A model generated the notes under the pieces. That model saw nothing but the letters and a program-made list of their open reading frames with translations. It did not search any database and was not told the origin of the DNA. A program made the translations under genes and the position numbers. Source: a virus. From it: a stretch of 10,623 nucleotides of DNA. How positions within the stretch are numbered: the stretch's first letter is position 1; each line of letters begins with the position of its first letter. Positions 6,550 to 10,623 of the stretch are shown here, piece after piece. The stretch is taken from positions 1-10,623 of IMG/VR virus record IMGVR_UViG_3300012138_000051. The stretch is one strand, 5' to 3'.

Positions 6550-8757
6550 ATGGAAAATCAATTAAACATCATGGAAGTTTTACCTTATATAGAGCCTGCG
6601 CTTTTAGATTACCAAGAATGGGTAAACGTCGGCATGGCATTAAAGCATGAAGGCTATACGGCATCAGATTGGGATAGTTGGAGCAAGAATGATTCCAGAT
6701 ACCATACCGGAGAATGTTTTCGGAAGTGGGGAAGCTTTAACGGTAACGGTACCCCGGTAACGGGGGGAACAATTGTCCAGATGGCAAAAGATCACGGATG
6801 GCAGCCACAGCGAGACTATGGACATGAATTAGACTGGAATGATGCCATATCTGACAAGGAAGACCTTGTCGTTATTGATAAGAACTGGATTGAGGGCAAG
6901 GAAGTCATAACACCGGAAGAGTGGGACCCGGTAGGAGAACTAACAAAGTATCTGGAAGTGCTTTTCGAATCTACGGAAAACGTGGGCTATGTCACGCGCA
7001 GCTGGGAAAAAGACGGAAAGCATATGCCATCTAAAGGGCATTGGGACAGAACGGCAGGCGAATTAATCCAGCGGCTTAATACATGCAGGGGCGATATTGG
7101 CATGGTTTTAGGTGACTACAATCCCGAAGCAGGCGCATGGATACGCTTTAATCCCTTAGATGGTCAAGGATGCAAAAACGATAATGTAAGCGATTTCAGG
7201 TATGCATTAGTTGAATCGGATTCCATAGACATAGATAAACAGAATGCCATTATCCGTGAATTGGAGTTGCCGGTTGCCTGCCTTGTGCACAGTGGCAAAA
7301 AAAGTCTTCACGCCATCGTGAGAATTGATGCCGCTAATTATGATGAATACCGTAAAAGAGTAGATTACCTATATAATGTATGCCAGAAAAACGGCTTAAA
7401 AATAGATACTCAGAATCGAAACCCGTCACGATTGTCACGAATGCCAGGGGTTATGAGAAGTGGCAAAAAGCAGTTCCTTGCCGATACCAATATAGGTAAG
7501 GAGAATTGGCAGGAATGGTTTGAATGGATAGAGGGCGTTAATGACGATCTGCCAGAACCTGAAAGCCTTGACGGTGTCTGGGACGACCTGCCGGAGCTAT
7601 CGCCGCCACTGATTAACAATATGCTGCGCCAAGGTCACAAACTGTTAATTGCCGGACCATCAAAAGCCGGTAAATCATTTGCACTTATCGAATTATGCTG
7701 CGCCATTGCGGAAGGTAAAAAATGGTTAAACTGGAACTGTGCCCAAGGTAAAATTATGTACGTTAATCTTGAGCTGGACCGGGCAAGCTGCCTGCATCGT
7801 TTTAAAGATGTTTATAATACACTCGGTTGGAAGCCGAACAACCTTTCTAATGTCGATATCTGGAATTTAAGAGGCAAGTCGGTACCAATGGATAAATTGG
7901 CCCCGAAATTGATACGTAGGGCAGCTAAAAAGAATTACATAGCCATTGTCATAGACCCCATATACAAGGTTATTACCGGTGACGAAAACAGCGCAGATCA
8001 GATGGCTAACTTCTGCAATCAGTTTGACAAGGTGTGCACGGAGCTTGGTGCAGCGGTTATTTATTGCCATCACCACTCAAAGGGGAATCAGGGGGGGAAG
8101 CGAAGCATGGACAGAGCTTCCGGTTCTGGTGTGTTCGCCCGTGACCCCGATGCATTACTTGATTTGATAGAGCTTGAATTAAACGACTCCATATTAATGC
8201 AGGAAGAGAACAAGGCTATTTGCAATGTATGCATAGCTTATATGGATAACAGCTTCACGGATTGGAAGGATGATATATCTCAGGACGATGAATGCAGTAG
8301 TAAGGCAATGTTGGATTATTGCCGGAATAAGTTGAATCCTACCCAATTTACAGAGTTAAATAGCATCGTCGAACAGGTAGCTGGAAACGTAAAAACAAAG
8401 ACTGCATGGCGCATAGAGGGGACATTAAGGGAGTTCCCGAAGTTCGAACCGGTCAATTTGTGGTTTGATTACCCTATCCATAAAGTGGACGATGTAGGAA
8501 GTCTTAAGGATATAGAGCCGGACAGTGAGAAACCGCCCTGGCAGAAAGCTATGCAGAAACGCAAGCCTAAAGAGACAAAAGCCAAAGAGCGCAAAGAATC
8601 TCTTGAAACAGCGTTTGAAGCATGCGGTATTGATGGAAGTGTGACAATTGATAGTATGGCGGAGTACTTAGGAGTGACCGAAAAGACGGTTCGAAACAGA
8701 ATCAAGGAGCATGGCGGGTACTGGATTGATGAGGGAAACGTAGGGAAAAAAACATAA
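6550..8757 (+). CDS. Multidomain replication protein: N-terminal PriCT-2-like domain, AEP (archaeo-eukaryotic-type) primase-like core, RecA-fold (AAA_25/RepA-like) helicase and a C-terminal HTH
   Basis: YQEWVNVGMALKHEG..WDSWS..CFRKWGSF resembles PriCT_2. VESDS, HSGKKSLHAIV, KIDTQ and NPSRLSRMPG fit AEP motifs I-III. Walker A is GPSKAGKS, Walker B is IAIVIDP, and the C-terminal MAEYLGVTEKTVRNRIKE is an HTH. AAGGAG is 8 nt before the ATG. Confidence 0.85.
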   Translation: MENQLNIMEVLPYIEPALLDYQEWVNVGMALKHEGYTASDWDSWSKNDSRYHTGECFRKWGSFNGNGTPVTGGTIVQMAKDHGWQPQRDYGHELDWNDAISDKEDLVVIDKNWIEGKEVITPEEWDPVGELTKYLEVLFESTENVGYVTRSWEKDGKHMPSKGHWDRTAGELIQRLNTCRGDIGMVLGDYNPEAGAWIRFNPLDGQGCKNDNVSDFRYALVESDSIDIDKQNAIIRELELPVACLVHSGKKSLHAIVRIDAANYDEYRKRVDYLYNVCQKNGLKIDTQNRNPSRLSRMPGVMRSGKKQFLADTNIGKENWQEWFEWIEGVNDDLPEPESLDGVWDDLPELSPPLINNMLRQGHKLLIAGPSKAGKSFALIELCCAIAEGKKWLNWNCAQGKIMYVNLELDRASCLHRFKDVYNTLGWKPNNLSNVDIWNLRGKSVPMDKLAPKLIRRAAKKNYIAIVIDPIYKVITGDENSADQMANFCNQFDKVCTELGAAVIYCHHHSKGNQGGKRSMDRASGSGVFARDPDALLDLIELELNDSILMQEENKAICNVCIAYMDNSFTDWKDDISQDDECSSKAMLDYCRNKLNPTQFTELNSIVEQVAGNVKTKTAWRIEGTLREFPKFEPVNLWFDYPIHKVDDVGSLKDIEPDSEKPPWQKAMQKRKPKETKAKERKESLETAFEACGIDGSVTIDSMAEYLGVTEKTVRNRIKEHGGYWIDEGNVGKKT

Positions 8758-8772
8758 ATTTTCTTTCCCTGA

Positions 8773-8799
8773 TTATTTTCCCTAGGGAAGAAAAAAACA
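8773..8799. repeat. Exact 27-bp repeat copy A (TTATTTTCCCTAGGGAAGAAAAAAACA) containing the perfect 12-bp palindrome TTCCCTAGGGAA (8778..8789)
   Basis: Read directly. Confidence 0.95.
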
Positions 8800-8887
8800 T
8801 TAAATGATGTTATTTTCCCTCGGAGGGAAAGGGAAAAAATACGTTATTTTCCGACGGCGATTTAGAGGGAAAAAAACATAAATTAAG

Positions 8888-8914
8888 TTATTTTCCCTAG
8901 GGAAGAAAAAAACA
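8888..8914. repeat. Exact 27-bp repeat copy B, identical to 8773..8799 (palindrome at 8893..8904)
   Basis: Read directly. Confidence 0.95.
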
Positions 8915-8969
8915 CTATTATAAATAATACTATTTCCGTTTCCCTCTCCCGAGGTCAAGGGGGTAAGTA

Positions 8970-8991
8970 GTCGTGCGAAAGCGGGCACGAC
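8970..8991. other. GC-rich hairpin GTCGTGC-gaaagcgg-GCACGAC, extendable imperfectly to about 8959..9003; no U/T tract on either side
   Basis: Read directly: 7 consecutive Watson-Crick pairs flanked by G-run/C-run partial pairing. Confidence 0.6.
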
Positions 8992-9010
8992 GACTCCTTC
9001 CCCTGATCCA

Positions 9011-9039
9011 TTGACAAATACAAAATTTCAAAATATTAA
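9011..9039 (+). promoter_or_regulatory. Candidate sigma-A promoter: -35 TTGACA (9011..9016), 17-nt spacer, -10 TATTAA (9034..9039), driving the 9085.. gene block
   Basis: Consensus -35, optimal spacing and a 4/6 -10. It sits in a 327-nt non-coding gap directly upstream of the next co-oriented genes. The small palindrome TTATC-N7-GATAA at 9050..9066 lies in the leader. Confidence 0.5.
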
Positions 9040-9084
9040 ATGAGAACGATTATCAATTGCAGATAAAGCGAAGAGGAAGATAAA

Positions 9085-9312
9085 ATGGCAAAAAAGCAGA
9101 GAAGCCAAAAATTAAACATTGCAAGAAACTTACCGCCACTATATCACAAAATGCCAGGACAAGAATACGATGTCAAAAATAGTGAGGTAACAAAGTGGTT
9201 GATTCAACGACCATCAATATTAGAATTCATATGGGACCAATTAAAACAGTCTGGAGATATTTTGTACGACCCGGACACAGGTAAATGGAAAGGCGCAGAT
9301 TATGACGACTGA
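9085..9312 (+). CDS. Hypothetical protein, 75 aa
   Basis: ORF track; GAGGAA about 7 nt upstream of the ATG. Confidence 0.6.
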   Translation: MAKKQRSQKLNIARNLPPLYHKMPGQEYDVKNSEVTKWLIQRPSILEFIWDQLKQSGDILYDPDTGKWKGADYDD

Positions 9313-9706
9313 ATTTTTCATGCCGATGCGGCCACCAACTAAAACGTATCAGGAAAAGCAGGTAACTGTTAGGAATGGTAAGCCGGTATTTTATGAGCCG
9401 GTAGAACTTAAGGCGGTGCGGTCAAAGCTGGCGGCTCATTTGGGGGAATATGTACCTAAACAGCGATATGCCGCTGCGGTACGGCTTACAACAAAGTGGT
9501 GCTTCCCTGTAACACAAAAACACGGTGATGGTGAGTATAAGACAACAAAGCCGGATACGGATAATTTACAGAAAATGCTCAAAGATGTCATGACGGATCT
9601 TGGTTTTTGGAAAGATGACGCATTAGTTGCCAGCGAGATCACGGAAAAATTCTGGGCGAAGATACCGGGGATATATATCAAAATTGAATCATTGACAGGT
9701 GAATAA
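9302..9706 (+). CDS. rusA: RusA-family crossover junction endodeoxyribonuclease (Holliday junction resolvase)
   Basis: KPDTDNLQKMLKDVMTDLGFWKDDALV matches the RusA catalytic-aspartate region (PD.DN...K...D.....DD..V). Size is 134 aa. The 11-nt overlap with the upstream ORF suggests coupling. Confidence 0.8.
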   Translation: MTTEFFMPMRPPTKTYQEKQVTVRNGKPVFYEPVELKAVRSKLAAHLGEYVPKQRYAAAVRLTTKWCFPVTQKHGDGEYKTTKPDTDNLQKMLKDVMTDLGFWKDDALVASEITEKFWAKIPGIYIKIESLTGE

Positions 9707-9707
9707 T

Positions 9708-9923
9708 ATGCAGGGATACAGACTAGAACAAAAAATCAATACAGATTGTTGGAACCTCTTCAAACAGTGCCTTGATATTCCAAATACGGAAGACGGTTGG
9801 CAGAAAGCCAGAGACATGATGCAGGAGGTTATAGAAAAATATGATAAAGATTCATTTGTCGTAGATATCATGCTGGCCTATTATTCTAGGCTAGAGATAA
9901 GACATGGCATTAAATTTAATTAG
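9708..9923 (+). CDS. Hypothetical protein, 71 aa from ATG 9708 (ORF track starts at GTG 9699)
   Basis: AGGTGA lies 5 nt upstream of ATG 9708, which follows the rusA stop; there is no SD for GTG 9699. Confidence 0.55.
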   Translation: MQGYRLEQKINTDCWNLFKQCLDIPNTEDGWQKARDMMQEVIEKYDKDSFVVDIMLAYYSRLEIRHGIKFN

Positions 9924-9940
9924 AATTGGAGGATACATAG

Positions 9941-9979
9941 ATGGTTGAATTAAGTAGAGAAGAAGCAGACGAGCAATAA
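9941..9979 (+). other. Orphan translation-initiation signal with a 12-codon mini-ORF (MVELSREEADEQ*): either the 5' remnant of a displaced gene or a leader peptide
   Basis: GGAGG at 9928..9932 is exactly 8 nt before ATG 9941, the spacing used by the bona fide genes here, but a stop follows after 12 codons. Confidence 0.25.
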
Positions 9980-9985
9980 ATAGAA

Positions 9986-10027
9986 AGGAGAATGGATTTT
10001 GCGGCCGCATAAACCTAGGTTTCTCCT
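9986..10027. other. Hairpin AGGAGAA (9986..9992) / TTCTCCT (10021..10027) enclosing a NotI palindrome GCGGCCGC (10001..10008) and an AvrII palindrome CCTAGG (10014..10019); the 5' arm is an SD-like sequence
   Basis: Read directly: 7-bp outer stem plus partial inner pairing around the GCGGCCGC centre. On the minus strand it is followed by the T-rich run TTCTATTTATT. Confidence 0.5.
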
Positions 10028-10036
10028 AAAAATAAA

Positions 10037-10623
10037 ATGGATTTATATGAAATTTTAGAGAATTGCCCCAAGGATAAAATTATAGGGGACAATCTGATAA
10101 TTGCTTATTTGAAAATCAACAGTCCATTGTATAAAAAAATACTTTGTTCGATATCTGGTGGAGCTGATTCGGATATTGTTATTGATATATGTGCTAAATG
10201 CGATAAGGATAAAAAAATAGATTATGTCTGGTTTGACACCGGACTGGAATATCAAGCCACAAAAGATCATTTAAGATATCTTGAACATAAATACGATATC
10301 ATTATTAAGACAGAAAAAGCTATAAAGCCAATACCGGTATCGTGTAGAGATTACGGTTTACCATTTATGTCAAAGCAAGTAAGTGAATGGATAGAGAGAT
10401 TGCAAAAACATAATTTTTTATGGAAAGGCGGAACTTTTGATGATTTTTATAAACAATATCCAAAATGTAAGGCTGCTCTAAAATGGTGGTGCAATGCGTG
10501 GGGAGAAAATAGTAAGTTTAATATATCATACAATAAAAAGCTAAAAGAATATATGATTTATAATCCTCCAGAATTTCCAATATCTAATAAATGCTGTAAT
10601 GGAGCTAAAAAAGATGTATTGCA
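10037..10623 (+). CDS. PP-loop ATP-pyrophosphatase of the phosphoadenosine phosphosulfate (PAPS) reductase family, 5' part only (open to the window end, 195 codons); absent from the ORF track
   Basis: Hand translation has no stop from ATG 10037 to 10623. It shows the PP-loop SISGGADSD (SGGxDS), WFDTGLEYQAT, and NKCCNGAKKDV matching the CC..K motif of PF01507-type proteins. No SD precedes the ATG. Confidence 0.8.
   Translation, partial: MDLYEILENCPKDKIIGDNLIIAYLKINSPLYKKILCSISGGADSDIVIDICAKCDKDKKIDYVWFDTGLEYQATKDHLRYLEHKYDIIIKTEKAIKPIPVSCRDYGLPFMSKQVSEWIERLQKHNFLWKGGTFDDFYKQYPKCKAALKWWCNAWGENSKFNISYNKKLKEYMIYNPPEFPISNKCCNGAKKDVL

Larger units (their letters stand above)
8731..8950. repeat. 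Array of TTCCC/GGGAA half-sites arranged as palindromes and split inverted repeats, each flanked by A6-A7 tracts; candidate replication origin (iterons)
   Basis: The unit TTATTTTCC(CT)...GGGAA..AAAAAAACA starts at 8773, 8810, 8844 and 8888. The 19-bp repeat AGGGAAAAAAACATAAATT occurs at 8742..8760 and 8866..8884. The array overlaps the last codons of the primase-helicase gene. Confidence 0.7.

Noticed and set aside
8773-8914. Possible CRISPR array (repeated 27-mers)
   Set aside because: Only two copies are exact. The intervening copies are degenerate, the spacing is irregular (37, 34 and 44 nt between unit starts), the units are palindromic and A-tract-flanked, and there are no cas genes. 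An iteron/operator array fits better.
8800-8988. 62-aa minus-strand ORF across the repeat region
   Set aside because: Its translation (FFPRENN.. repeated) simply mirrors the TTCCC/GGGAA repeats and A-tracts. It has no RBS, so it is an artefact of the repeat array.
8970-8991. Rho-independent terminator after the replication operon
   Set aside because: The stem is strong, but no T-run follows on either strand, so a canonical intrinsic terminator call is unsupported.
141-9871. Other short ORFs in the track that overlap larger genes: minus strand 141..335, 1480..1671, 2164..2352, 3031..3312, 3437..3796, 4114..4314, 4535..4723, 4733..4981, 5822..6040, 6000..6371, 7410..7619, 7867..8076, 8469..8705, 9436..9681 and 9689..9871; plus strand 1762..1947 and 7979..8167
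   Set aside because: All are nested within or antisense to longer ORFs that carry clear motifs and canonical RBSs. They lack SDs and have shadow-frame composition.
9999-10058. 19-codon TTG-initiated ORF 8 nt downstream of the AAGGAG at 9985..9990
   Set aside because: The SD spacing fits, but the product (MRPHKPRFLLKIKWIYMKF) has no recognisable feature and runs through the hairpin and into the PP-loop gene out of frame. The evidence for translation is insufficient.
10055-10270. 71-aa minus-strand ORF from the track
   Set aside because: It lies entirely antisense to the motif-bearing PP-loop ORF, is hydrophobic and I/F/Y-rich as expected from an AT-rich antisense frame, and has no SD.

Overview
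This window is the early/replication region of a temperate phage or prophage-like element from a low-GC Gram-positive (Clostridia-like) host. Almost all genes are on the + strand, tightly packed, and preceded by a very regular GGAGG-N8/9-ATG ribosome-binding signal. The + strand order is: a Cro/CI-type XRE regulator, small membrane and hypothetical proteins, an excisionase-like HTH protein, then a recombination/replication block. That block holds an SMC/Rad50-like AAA ATPase, a Sak4-like AAA_24 ATPase, a DUF669 protein, an SF2 DEAH helicase and a large PriCT-2/AEP-primase/RecA-like-helicase fusion. It is followed by a 330-nt non-coding region full of TTCCC/GGGAA palindromes and A-tracts (candidate replication origin), a GC-rich hairpin and a near-consensus promoter. 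After that come a hypothetical gene, a RusA resolvase and another hypothetical gene. Three things are not explained by the ORF track. (1) The 299-1009 segment holds sub-threshold small ORFs on both strands, including convergent, 3'-overlapping tail-anchored peptides. It also has a minus-strand TTGTAA-17-TATAAT promoter and a 57% GC hairpin-containing leader, so it looks like an oppositely oriented moron-like cassette. (2) The iteron/palindrome array lies at and after the 3' end of the primase-helicase gene. (3) At 9924-10036 there is a recombination-scar-like junction, with an orphan perfect SD plus 12-codon ORF, a 9-bp direct repeat, and NotI and AvrII palindromes inside a hairpin. It is followed by an open-ended PP-loop (PAPS-reductase family) ORF that is missing from the ORF track, and GC drops from about 44% to about 28% there. 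All functional calls come from motif recognition by eye; no database search was possible.
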